A DNA stretch of 64,000 nt from Phytohabitans suffuscus. Its GTDB lineage: Bacteria > Actinomycetota > Actinomycetes > Mycobacteriales > Micromonosporaceae. The DNA lies in contig NZ_AP022871.1 of NCBI RefSeq assembly GCF_011764565.1, positions 2,664,320 through 2,728,319 on the forward strand. Direction: 5' to 3'. A program made the position numbers and the translations under genes. The notes below the pieces were generated by a model. The model was not told the DNA's origin, did not search any database, and saw only the letters and a list, made by a program, of their open reading frames with translations. Positions 41,452 to 49,755 of the stretch are shown piece after piece (positions within the stretch are counted from its first letter, which is position 1; each line of letters starts with the position of its first letter).

Positions 41452-42798
41452 ATGGGCAACGCGACTGATCACCTCTGGATGCACTTCACCCGCATGGCCA
41501 GCTACCGCGAGGGCGAGGTGCCCACGATCGTCCGCGGTGAGGGTGCCTACGTCTGGGACGCCCAGGGCCGGCGCTACCTCGACGGCCTCGCCGGCCTCTT
41601 CGTCGTGAACGCCGGCCACGGCCGCACCGAGCTGGCCGAGGCGTCCGCCAAGCAGGCCGCCGAGTTGGCCTTCTTCCCGCTGTGGTCGTACGCGCACCCG
41701 ACCGCGGTCGAGCTGGCCGAGCGGATCGCCGCGCTCACGCCCGGCGACCTCAACCGGGTCTTCTTCACCACCGGCGGCTCCGAGGCGGTCGAGGCCGCGT
41801 GGAAGCTGGCCCGCGCCTACTACAAGCGGGTCGGCAAGCCGACCAAGCACAAGGTGGTCAGCCGGTTCATCGCGTACCACGGCACCTCGATGGGCGCCCT
41901 GTCGATCACCGGGCTGCCCGGCATCAAGAGCGACTTCGAGCCGCTGGTGCCCGGCGGGATCAAGGTGCCGAACACGAACTTCTACCGGGCTCCCGAGCAC
42001 GGCGACGACATCGAGGCGTTCGGGCGGTGGGCGGCCGACGAGATCGCCCGCGCGATCGAGCGGGAGGGTCCGGAGACGGTCGCGGCGGTCTTCCTGGAGC
42101 CGGTGCAGAACTCCGGTGGCTGCTTCCCACCGCCGCCCGGCTACTTCCAGCGGGTCCGGGAGATCTGCGACGAGTACGACGTACTGCTCGTCTCCGACGA
42201 GGTGATCTGCGCCTGGGGCCGGCTCGGCGAGTACTTCGGCGCGGTGCGCTACGGCTACCAGCCCGACATCATCACCACCGCCAAGGGGCTCACCTCCGGC
42301 TACTCGCCGCTCGGTGCGATGATCGCCTCGGACCGGCTGATGGAGCCGTTCCTGGCCGAGACCGGCATGTTCGCCCACGGCGTGACCTTCGGCGGCCACC
42401 CGGTCTCCTGCGCGGTGGCCCTGGCCAACCTCGACATCTTCGCCCGCGAAGACCTCACCGGGCACGTGCGGGCCAACGAGGGCGCGTTCCGGGCGACGCT
42501 GGAGAAGCTCAACGACCTGCCGATCGTCGGCGAGGTCCGGGGCGACGGCTACTTCTACGGCATCGAGCTGGTCAAGGACAAGCAGACCCGGGCGACGTTC
42601 GACGACGACGAGTCCGAGCGGCTGCTGCGCGGCTTCCTCTCCACCGCGCTCTTCCAGGCCGGGCTCTACTGCCGGGCCGACGACCGGGGCGACCCGGTGG
42701 TCCAGCTCGCGCCGCCGCTGACCGCCGGCCAGGAGCAGTTCGACGAGATGGAGCAGATCCTTCGCGCCGTACTGGCCGAGGCATGGCGACGTCTCTGA
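41452..42798 (+). CDS. Class-III PLP aminotransferase (putrescine/omega-amino-acid transaminase-like)
   Basis: HLWMHFT, YHGTS, SDEVICAWGRLGEYFG, TTAKGLTSGY (Schiff-base Lys). ATG at 41452 chosen. Confidence 0.8.
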   Translation: MGNATDHLWMHFTRMASYREGEVPTIVRGEGAYVWDAQGRRYLDGLAGLFVVNAGHGRTELAEASAKQAAELAFFPLWSYAHPTAVELAERIAALTPGDLNRVFFTTGGSEAVEAAWKLARAYYKRVGKPTKHKVVSRFIAYHGTSMGALSITGLPGIKSDFEPLVPGGIKVPNTNFYRAPEHGDDIEAFGRWAADEIARAIEREGPETVAAVFLEPVQNSGGCFPPPPGYFQRVREICDEYDVLLVSDEVICAWGRLGEYFGAVRYGYQPDIITTAKGLTSGYSPLGAMIASDRLMEPFLAETGMFAHGVTFGGHPVSCAVALANLDIFAREDLTGHVRANEGAFRATLEKLNDLPIVGEVRGDGYFYGIELVKDKQTRATFDDDESERLLRGFLSTALFQAGLYCRADDRGDPVVQLAPPLTAGQEQFDEMEQILRAVLAEAWRRL

Positions 42799-44108
42799 AG
42801 GCGGACAGCCTCTGGATGTCCACTGTGGACGACGACCTGACGCCGAGACCGGCGCTGGGTGGCTCACTGGTGGCCGACGTCGCGATCGTCGGCGCCGGCT
42901 ACACCGGCCTGTGGACCGCGTACTACCTGGCCGCCGCCGCGCCCTCGCTGCGCATCGTGGTGCTGGAGAGGGAGTTCGCCGGCTACGGCGCGTCCGGGCG
43001 CAACGGCGGCTGGTGCTCGGCGCTGTTTCCCACGCCGGTACGGCTGATGACCCACCGCCACGGGCGGCACGGCGTGGTCGCGATGCAGCGCGCGATGAAC
43101 TCCACAGTGGACGAGGTGGGCCGGGTGGCGGCGGCCGAAGGCATCGACTGCCACTGGAGCAAGGGCGGCACGGTCGTCGTGGCCCGTACGCCGGCGCAGC
43201 TGCGCCGGGCCCAGAAGGCGGTGGAAGAGGCCCGGGAGTACGGCTTCGGCGAGGACGACCTGGCCCTGCTCGGCGCCGAGGAGGCGGCGGAGCGGTGCGG
43301 GGCCACGAGCGTGCTGGGCGGCACCTACACCCCGCACTGCGCGGCGGTCCACCCGGCGCGGCTGGTGCGCGGCCTGGCCCGCGCGGTGGAGCGGCGGGGC
43401 GTCACCGTCTACGAGGGCACGCCGGTCATCGGGCTGCGCAAGGGCGCGGCCGACACCCCGGTCGGCACGGTGCGGGCCCCGGTGATCGTGCGGGCGACCG
43501 AGGCGTACACGCCGGAGCTGCCCGGTGCCCGCCGCGCGATCGCGCCGGTGTACTCGCTGATGATCTCCACGCCGCCGCTGCCGGACGACTTTTGGGCCAC
43601 GGCGGGGCTGGCCGGGCGGGAGACGTTCGCGGACTTCCGCCGGCTCATCGTGTACGGGCAGCGCACGGCGGACGGGCGGCTGGCGTTCGGCGGGCGCGGC
43701 GCGCCGTACCACTTCGGGTCGAAGACCAGCGCGGCCTACGACAGCGAGCCGCGCGTCTTCGCCGCGCTGTACAAGGCGCTGGTCGAGCTCTTCCCCGCGC
43801 TCGCCGGGGTGCCGATCACGCACAGCTGGGGCGGCGCGGTAGGGGTGGCGAGCGACTGGTCCGCGTCGGTGGGGCTCGACCGGGAGACCGGGCTGGCCTG
43901 GGCCGGCGGCTACGTCGGTGACGGCGTCGGCACGACCAACCTGGCCGGTCGCACCCTCGCCGACCTGGTCCTCGGCGTGGAAAGCGAGCTGACCTCGCTC
44001 CCCTGGGTCGGGCACGAGTCGCCACGGTGGCCGCCGGAGCCGCTGCGCTGGATGGGCATCAACACGGTCCGCAAGATCGTTACGTGGGCTGACTCAGCCA
44101 GGTTGTGA
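42783..44108 (+). CDS. FAD-dependent oxidoreductase, PuuB (gamma-glutamylputrescine oxidase)-like
   Basis: Collinear with E. coli PuuB: VAIVGAGYTGLWTA, GASGRNGG, C-terminal HSWGG. Start may be the ATG at 42816. Confidence 0.7.
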   Translation: MATSLKADSLWMSTVDDDLTPRPALGGSLVADVAIVGAGYTGLWTAYYLAAAAPSLRIVVLEREFAGYGASGRNGGWCSALFPTPVRLMTHRHGRHGVVAMQRAMNSTVDEVGRVAAAEGIDCHWSKGGTVVVARTPAQLRRAQKAVEEAREYGFGEDDLALLGAEEAAERCGATSVLGGTYTPHCAAVHPARLVRGLARAVERRGVTVYEGTPVIGLRKGAADTPVGTVRAPVIVRATEAYTPELPGARRAIAPVYSLMISTPPLPDDFWATAGLAGRETFADFRRLIVYGQRTADGRLAFGGRGAPYHFGSKTSAAYDSEPRVFAALYKALVELFPALAGVPITHSWGGAVGVASDWSASVGLDRETGLAWAGGYVGDGVGTTNLAGRTLADLVLGVESELTSLPWVGHESPRWPPEPLRWMGINTVRKIVTWADSARL

Positions 44109-44838
44109 TCTGGTCCTGGCGGGTCGCCTCGTCGAGCTTGGGGCAGACCCGCTCGCAGTGCTCCAGCCCGGGTCGCTTGTAGGCGAGGCAGCAGGCGGAC
44201 GCGAGCGGCACCGGACCGATCCACCGCCGCCGCATCGCGAGCGGTCCGGCACCGGCGAGCAACCGCTCCGCCTCGGTCGCGGCGGCGTGCGCCGGCCCGG
44301 GTGGCAGCTCGCCGGCGAACGCGCTCACGACGGTGTCGGCGACCAGCGCCCAGGCCGTACGCCGGCCGAGCCGCGAGACGCCGCGCAGCGTGTCGACGAC
44401 CGGCGTGGACAGGGCGAGGATGGTGGCGACGAGCTGGGCGTCCATTGTGGAGGTCACCTCGACCCCGGGCGTACCCGCGAGCGGGTCACCGGGGAGCACC
44501 GCGAGCGCGGGCGCGCCCACCGCCAGCCCGTTGAACCAGCCGCCCTCGTCCACCCGCAGCGCCGTACCGTCCACTGTGAGCAGTGGCAGCCGCCGCTCCC
44601 GCCGGTACGCGTAGACGAGCAGCCGGATGAACGAACCGGTCACCCAGCCGGCCATGTGCGTGGCAGCGGTCTCCGAGGGGCAGCCGGACGAGGCCACGAA
44701 CGCCCGCATCTGCGCGGACAGCACGCTCCCGTCCATGTCCCGGAGGGTGTGCCAGCCGCCGCCGTCCCGGCCCGCGCCCGCGGGCGGGTAGCCGTCGGCC
44801 GCGTTGTAGCGGTCGAGGAGGGCGTCGGCCGGCGGCAT
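44080..44838 (-). CDS. FhuF-like siderophore-iron reductase ((2Fe-2S) C-terminal cluster)
   Basis: C-terminal Cys cluster ACCLAYKRPGLEHCERVCPK (C-C-x10-C-x2-C); adjacent to the siderophore ABC importer. Confidence 0.55.
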   Translation of the reverse strand: MPPADALLDRYNAADGYPPAGAGRDGGGWHTLRDMDGSVLSAQMRAFVASSGCPSETAATHMAGWVTGSFIRLLVYAYRRERRLPLLTVDGTALRVDEGGWFNGLAVGAPALAVLPGDPLAGTPGVEVTSTMDAQLVATILALSTPVVDTLRGVSRLGRRTAWALVADTVVSAFAGELPPGPAHAAATEAERLLAGAGPLAMRRRWIGPVPLASACCLAYKRPGLEHCERVCPKLDEATRQDQITTWLSQPT

Positions 44839-44845
44839 GGCGGGC

Positions 44846-45859
44846 TCAGGCGACGGTCTCGAACGTGCTCAGCTTGGCGGTGAGGTCGCGCAGCGCCGCC
44901 CCGAACGCGGCCCAGGTGGAGGGCGTCTCCGGGTTCCACGCGACGGCCTGGTTGGCCTTCACGGCCGGCAGGTTGGCGACCGTGGGGTACCGGGACAGGT
45001 CGGTGGTGAAGTACGACGGGTTGCGCGAGTCGTAGAGCAGCACGTCGGCCGGGTACTTGCCAGCCTGCTCCCAGGAGAGCACCTCCCAGTGCGGCTCGGC
45101 CGGCGGCACGGTCGGCTGCACGAAGCCGACGCCGAGGTTCTGCAGGTACGCCAGGTCGGAGAAGATCCTCGCGTTGCCGAGGTACATGTTCTCCTTGGTG
45201 CCGCTCACGAAGGCGACCCGCAGGCCCGGCTTGGCCGTGACCGCCTCGGCGAGCGCCTTGCCGGCCGCGTCGAACTCGGTCCTGGCGGTGGTGACCGCGC
45301 TGGCGTTCAGGTCGGCGCCGAGCGATCCGGCCAGCTCGGCGAAGCGGCCGATCACCTGGTCGACCGGCACCTCGAAGAGGTTGATGCCCACGCTCGGGCA
45401 GAGCGGCTCGACCTTGGCGACCGCGTCCTCCGGCACGTACCAGAGCTGGTCCTTGGTCTGCATCGGCGCGACCAGCAGGTCGGGGGTGAGCGACGCGAGC
45501 TTCTCGATGTTGAACTCGCCCCAGGTCTGGCCCACCCACTGCACCGCGCCGACGTCGACGTTGCCCTTGAGCACGTCGTTGCCCTTCGCCTCACCGAAGA
45601 CGCCGACCGGACGGATGCCGAAGTCCCAGAGCGTCGCGGCGGCGCCGAGCTGGGCGACGATCCTGGTGGGCCGGCTGTCCCGGGTCGCCTTCCTGCCCCG
45701 GTCGTCGGTGAACTCCCACGGGCCGCCGTCGCCGGCTCCGGCGGGCGCCTCGCCGCCGTCCTCGCCACCGCACCCGGCCAGCACGAACAGCGCCGCGCCA
45801 CCACCTGTCAACAGCCGCCGCCGGCTCAGTCCACTCACGTCGCAGCCTCTCCTCGCCAA
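44846..45859 (-). CDS. Fe3+-siderophore ABC transporter substrate-binding lipoprotein
   Basis: Tat/lipoprotein signal SRRRLLTGGGAALFVLAGC; class-III SBP pattern. Confidence 0.7.
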   Translation of the reverse strand: MARRGCDVSGLSRRRLLTGGGAALFVLAGCGGEDGGEAPAGAGDGGPWEFTDDRGRKATRDSRPTRIVAQLGAAATLWDFGIRPVGVFGEAKGNDVLKGNVDVGAVQWVGQTWGEFNIEKLASLTPDLLVAPMQTKDQLWYVPEDAVAKVEPLCPSVGINLFEVPVDQVIGRFAELAGSLGADLNASAVTTARTEFDAAGKALAEAVTAKPGLRVAFVSGTKENMYLGNARIFSDLAYLQNLGVGFVQPTVPPAEPHWEVLSWEQAGKYPADVLLYDSRNPSYFTTDLSRYPTVANLPAVKANQAVAWNPETPSTWAAFGAALRDLTAKLSTFETVA

Positions 45860-45891
45860 GATAAGGGCAGGCTAAGCTAACCCGCACCACG

Positions 45892-46962
45892 ATGTCGAGG
45901 AGGGATCTTGTGACGGCGACCGCAGCGGGTACCTCCGCCGCCTCCGCGGCGAGCGTGCGGTCGCGGCCCGTGCTCGCCTGGGGCCTGGCCGCGGCCGGTG
46001 CCGCCCTGGTGGCCGCGGCGCTGCTGTCGATCGCGGTCGGCTCCAAGTCGATCCCGGTCGGCACGGTCCTCGACGCGCTCCTGCACTACGACGCGCGGAT
46101 CGACGACCACGTGGTGATCCGTGACCTGCGGCTGCCGCGCACGCTGCTCGGGCTCGTCGTCGGCGCCGCACTGGGGCTCGCCGGGGCGCTGATCCAGGCG
46201 CTCACCCGCAACCCGCTCGCCGACCCGGGCATCCTCGGCATCAACGAGGGCGCCGGCCTGGGTGTGCTGGTGGCGATCGGCATCGTCGGGCTGACCAGCC
46301 CGTGGGCGTACGTGTGGTTCGCCTTCGCCGGCGCGGCGGCCAGCGCGGCGCTCGTCTACGCGATCGGCGCGCGCGGCCGGGAGGGGGCCAGCCCGGTGCG
46401 GCTCGTGCTGGCCGGCATCGCCTTCACATACGTGCTGCACGCCATCGGCCGGGCGATCCTGCTCACCGACTCGACCACCTTCGACCGGTGGCGCAACTGG
46501 GTGGTGGGCTCGCTGGCCAGCGCCGACCCGGGCGTGATCGTCAGCGTACTGCCGTTCGCGGCGGTCGGCGCGGCGGTCGCGCTGGGGCTGACGCCGTCGC
46601 TCAACGCGCTGGCGCTGGGCGAGGAGGCGGGGCAGGCGCTGGGCGTCCACCGTGGACGGACGCGGGCGCTCGGGGCGGTGGCGGTCACGCTGCTGTGCGG
46701 CTCGGCGACCGCGGCGGCCGGGCCGATCGCGTTCGTCGGGCTGATGGTGCCGTACGCCGCCCGCATGATCACCGGACCGGACTACCGCTGGCTCGTGCCG
46801 TACTCCCTGGTGCTCGCCCCGATCCTGCTGCTCGTCGCGGACGTCGTGGGTCGCGTGGTCACCCGCCCGAGCGAGGTGGGCGTCGGCGTGGTGACCGCGG
46901 TCGTCGGCGCCCCGCTGCTCATCGCGCTGGTGCGCCGCCGTGGAAGGCTGCCCCGGCTGTGA
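45892..46962 (+). CDS. FecCD-family iron-siderophore ABC permease
   Basis: RLPRTLLGLVVGAALGLAGALIQALTRNPLADPGILGI signature; 356 aa. Confidence 0.75.
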   Translation: MSRRDLVTATAAGTSAASAASVRSRPVLAWGLAAAGAALVAAALLSIAVGSKSIPVGTVLDALLHYDARIDDHVVIRDLRLPRTLLGLVVGAALGLAGALIQALTRNPLADPGILGINEGAGLGVLVAIGIVGLTSPWAYVWFAFAGAAASAALVYAIGARGREGASPVRLVLAGIAFTYVLHAIGRAILLTDSTTFDRWRNWVVGSLASADPGVIVSVLPFAAVGAAVALGLTPSLNALALGEEAGQALGVHRGRTRALGAVAVTLLCGSATAAAGPIAFVGLMVPYAARMITGPDYRWLVPYSLVLAPILLLVADVVGRVVTRPSEVGVGVVTAVVGAPLLIALVRRRGRLPRL

Positions 46963-47936
46963 GGCGCTCCTTCGCCGTCGGTCTGGCGCTGCTCGCCACC
47001 TGCGCCGCCGTCGCCGTGGTCGCGCTCGGCACCGGCGACTACCCGATCTCGCCCGCCGGGGTGCTGCGCACGCTCGTGGGGCGGGGCAACCCGGCGACCG
47101 AGTACATCGTGATCGACCTGAGGCTGCCCCGGGTGCTGACCGCGCTCGCGGTGGGCGCGGCGTTCGGCGCGAGCGGGGCGATCTTCCAGAGCCTGACCCG
47201 CAACCCGCTCGGCAGCCCGGACGTCATCGGCTTCACGGCCGGTGCGAGCGTGGGCGCGCTCATCATGATCATCCTGGTCGGCGGCGGCCTGCTGGAGATC
47301 GCCTCCGGCGCCGTGCTCGGCGGCGCGCTCGCCGCCGCGGCGGTCTACCTGCTCGCCTACCGCCGCGGCTCCCAGGGCTACCGGCTCGTGATCATCGGGG
47401 TCGCCGTACAGGCGCTGCTCACCGCCGTGATCACGTACCTGCTGGCACGGGCGAACATCTTCGACTCCCAGCGCGCCGCCCTCTGGATCATGGGCAGCCT
47501 GAACGCCCGCGGCTGGGCACACGCGGCCGTGGCCGGCGGCGCCCTCGCCGTACTGCTGCCGGTCGTGCTGGCCCTGCACCGGCGCACGCTGGTCCTGGAG
47601 CTGGGCGACGAGACCGCCCGCTCGCTCGGCGTGTCCGTGGAGCGCGTCCGCCTGACCCTGATCGCCACGGCGGTCGCCCTGGCCGCGGTCGGCACCGCCT
47701 GCGCCGGCCCGATCGCCTTCGTCGCGCTGGCCGCACCACAACTCGCCCGGCGCCTCACCCGGGCCACCGGCCCCAACCCCCTGCCGTCCGCCGCGATGGG
47801 CGCCGGACTGCTGCTCGCCAGCGACCTGCTGGCGCAGCGGGCCCTCGCCCCGACCCAGCTTCCGGTCGGCGTCGTCACGGCCGCGCTGGGTGGCGCCTAC
47901 CTGATCTGGCTGCTGGGCTGGCGCCGCACCGCCTAG
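46959..47936 (+). CDS. FecCD-family iron-siderophore ABC permease (second subunit)
   Basis: RLPRVLTALAVGAAFGASGAIFQSLTRNPLGSPDVIGF; GTG start overlaps the upstream stop (GTGA). The ORF-track N-terminus from 46302 is a shadow. Confidence 0.75.
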   Translation: MRRSFAVGLALLATCAAVAVVALGTGDYPISPAGVLRTLVGRGNPATEYIVIDLRLPRVLTALAVGAAFGASGAIFQSLTRNPLGSPDVIGFTAGASVGALIMIILVGGGLLEIASGAVLGGALAAAAVYLLAYRRGSQGYRLVIIGVAVQALLTAVITYLLARANIFDSQRAALWIMGSLNARGWAHAAVAGGALAVLLPVVLALHRRTLVLELGDETARSLGVSVERVRLTLIATAVALAAVGTACAGPIAFVALAAPQLARRLTRATGPNPLPSAAMGAGLLLASDLLAQRALAPTQLPVGVVTAALGGAYLIWLLGWRRTA

Positions 47937-47975
47937 ACGATCCCTCCCAAGGACAGGGCTCCCTTTTAGGAGATT

Positions 47976-48002
47976 TGGGCTACCGCGACGCCCGCGGTAG
48001 CC
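47976..48002. terminator. Stem-loop 40 nt downstream of the permease operon
   Basis: gggctaccgcg acgc ccgcggtagccc, perfect 11-bp stem. Confidence 0.35.
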
Positions 48003-48186
48003 CGGATCTCAGGGTTTGGGATCTATGGAGCTTTCGCGGTCGAGGTCCGAGCGGATCGCGCGTCGCTGGTCGCGGTGGGGCGCCGGTAGTCCAGAGACGT
48101 CCCGATGGGCGACGCGGTGTGTGATCGTGATCCCGGTGGGCCGGCGCAGCCGCCCCGGGCTCGCTCTCTCTAGTGGCTGGGTGGGA

Positions 48187-48534
48187 TCACGCGGAGGTGG
48201 CCGCGGCGGCCGGTCTGGTGGCCCGACGACGGGTCGTTGGGGAAGTCGTCCAGCCGGGGGTGGGCCGGGCGGCTTCGCGGACGGCCTCGGCGAGTGCGAC
48301 GAGGTCGTCCGTGGTGGGGGGTGGGGGTGCGAACTCGCCGTCGTGGCGCACCAGCTCCCAGCCGCGGGGGGCGGTCAGGCTGCGGGCGTGCGGCTCACAG
48401 AGGTCGTACGTGTGCGGCTCGGCGAAGGCCGCCAAAGGCCCGACGACCGCGGTGGAGTCGTTGTAGACATAGGTCAACGTCGCGACGGCCTGACGCGGGC
48501 AGCCGTTTCGGGAGCAACGCCGTGGTGACCTCAC
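48187..48534 (-). CDS. DUF3499 domain protein (Rv3258c-like)
   Basis: RRCSRNGCPRQAVATLTYVYNDSTAVVGPLAAFAEPHTYDLCEPHARSLTAPRGWELVR. Confidence 0.65.
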   Translation of the reverse strand: MRSPRRCSRNGCPRQAVATLTYVYNDSTAVVGPLAAFAEPHTYDLCEPHARSLTAPRGWELVRHDGEFAPPPPTTDDLVALAEAVREAARPTPGWTTSPTTRRRATRPAAAATSA

Positions 48535-48670
48535 GGCGGCACGTTATCTCCCCTACCCCTCCACCGGTCCCGATGCGACCGCGACACGCCGACCACGAGT
48601 GATCACGATATGAAGACGCAGGTTGGACACGGGGTGAGTTGGGTCGCCTCCGGGCCACTACGCTCTTGAC

Positions 48671-49120
48671 GTGAGCAGTCCAGAACCACGGCGCCCGGGT
48701 CCCGGCCGCCGGTCCCACCGCGATCGTCACGGTCGCGGCCTGCGCGGGCGCCTGGTGCCGGCCACGGTGCCGCTCGCCCGCACCAAGGCAGAGATCTTCG
48801 ACGACCTCGTGCTCGACACGGTGGAGGCCCTGGAGCGGCGCTTCGCCAAGGAGCTGGCGGGTGTCGAGTTCGCCGTCGAGGATGTGCCACCCGACCTCAA
48901 CGTCTACGACTCGGACGTGCTCGAAGACGGCGAGGTGCCGCTGGCCAGGCTGCTGCCCGGGCGGCCCGGTCGGCAGGAGGTGCCGCCGCGCATCGTCCTG
49001 TATCGCCGGCCGCTCGAGTTTCGCGCCATGGATCGGGAAGACCTGGCCGACCTCGTGCACGACGTGATCATCGAGCAGGTCGCCAACCTCCTGGGTGTCG
49101 ACCCGGACGAGCTGGCCTGA
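48671..49120 (+). CDS. Small conserved metallopeptidase-like protein (Rv3259-like neighbour of whiB2)
   Basis: 149 aa; position between DUF3499 and whiB2 as in other actinobacteria; acidic C-terminal half. Confidence 0.5.
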   Translation: MSSPEPRRPGPGRRSHRDRHGRGLRGRLVPATVPLARTKAEIFDDLVLDTVEALERRFAKELAGVEFAVEDVPPDLNVYDSDVLEDGEVPLARLLPGRPGRQEVPPRIVLYRRPLEFRAMDREDLADLVHDVIIEQVANLLGVDPDELA

Positions 49121-49196
49121 GCGTCCCGTGCCCCCTGGTGGGCCAGCACTCCCCCCATGGTGCGCTGGCCCAGCCGGGCAGGGCGAAGCTCAGGGC

Positions 49197-49454
49197 TCAG
49201 GCGACGCGGCGCTTGAGCTTGCGGCGCTCGCGCTCCGAGAGCCCGCCCCAGATGCCGAAGCGCTCGTCGTGACCCAGCGCGTACTCCAAGCACTCGGCCT
49301 TGACCTCGCAACGGGAGCAGATGCGCTTCGCCTCGCGGGTCGAGCCGCCCTTCTCCGGAAAGAACGCCTCCGGGTCGGTCTGCGAGCACAGGGCCCGCTC
49401 CTGCCACTCCGGCGCGTCTCCGATCAGGTCGGCCACCTCCAGTGGGCCGTCCAT
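49197..49454 (-). CDS. whiB2: WhiB-family transcriptional regulator WhiB2/WhmD type
   Basis: 85 aa from the ATG at 49454. Near-identical pattern to Streptomyces WhiB (WQERALC..DPE.FFPEKGGSTREAK..C..C.V..ECLEYAL..DERFGIWGGLSERERR). Confidence 0.85.
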   Translation of the reverse strand: MDGPLEVADLIGDAPEWQERALCSQTDPEAFFPEKGGSTREAKRICSRCEVKAECLEYALGHDERFGIWGGLSERERRKLKRRVA

Positions 49455-49592
49455 CAGCCTGCCTCCTTCTTGCGCACCGACCGCGTCGCCGGCGCAACCC
49501 CCCACGCGGAAGGCGTGTCTTTTGTCCGAACGGTGTAGTTTCAGATGATCCTAGGGAACAACTGAAGATCCTATTCGAACAACCCCACTGAA

Positions 49593-49608
49593 ATTACACG
49601 CGTGTAAT
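49593..49608. promoter_or_regulatory. 16-bp perfect palindrome in the whiB2 upstream region
   Basis: ATTACACGCGTGTAAT lies about 140 nt upstream of the whiB2 start in a locally AT-richer stretch. Confidence 0.3.
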
Positions 49609-49755
49609 GCGTGCGTCGTCAAGCCGAACCTGATAAAAGGCCCGCTTTATCGGCGCGCCGCGCGCGACTCGCGGAAAATGCGCGCGAGGCGCCATCGCCC
49701 CTATCGATTCAGCCCCTCCCGGGGTAACGCTCGCCGCCGGAAGTCACCCGCGGCA

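Noticed and set aside
40537-44108. Very long shadow ORFs (776 aa minus 40537-42867; 808 aa plus 41682-44108; 829 aa plus 9576-12065; 633 aa plus 325-2226; 909 aa minus 13959-16688; 938 aa plus 25978-28794; 1122 aa plus 29155-32523)
   Set aside because: These are antisense or off-frame to genes with clear family signatures and have Arg/Gly/Pro-rich low-complexity composition. Stop-free alternative frames of this length are expected at ~72% GC.
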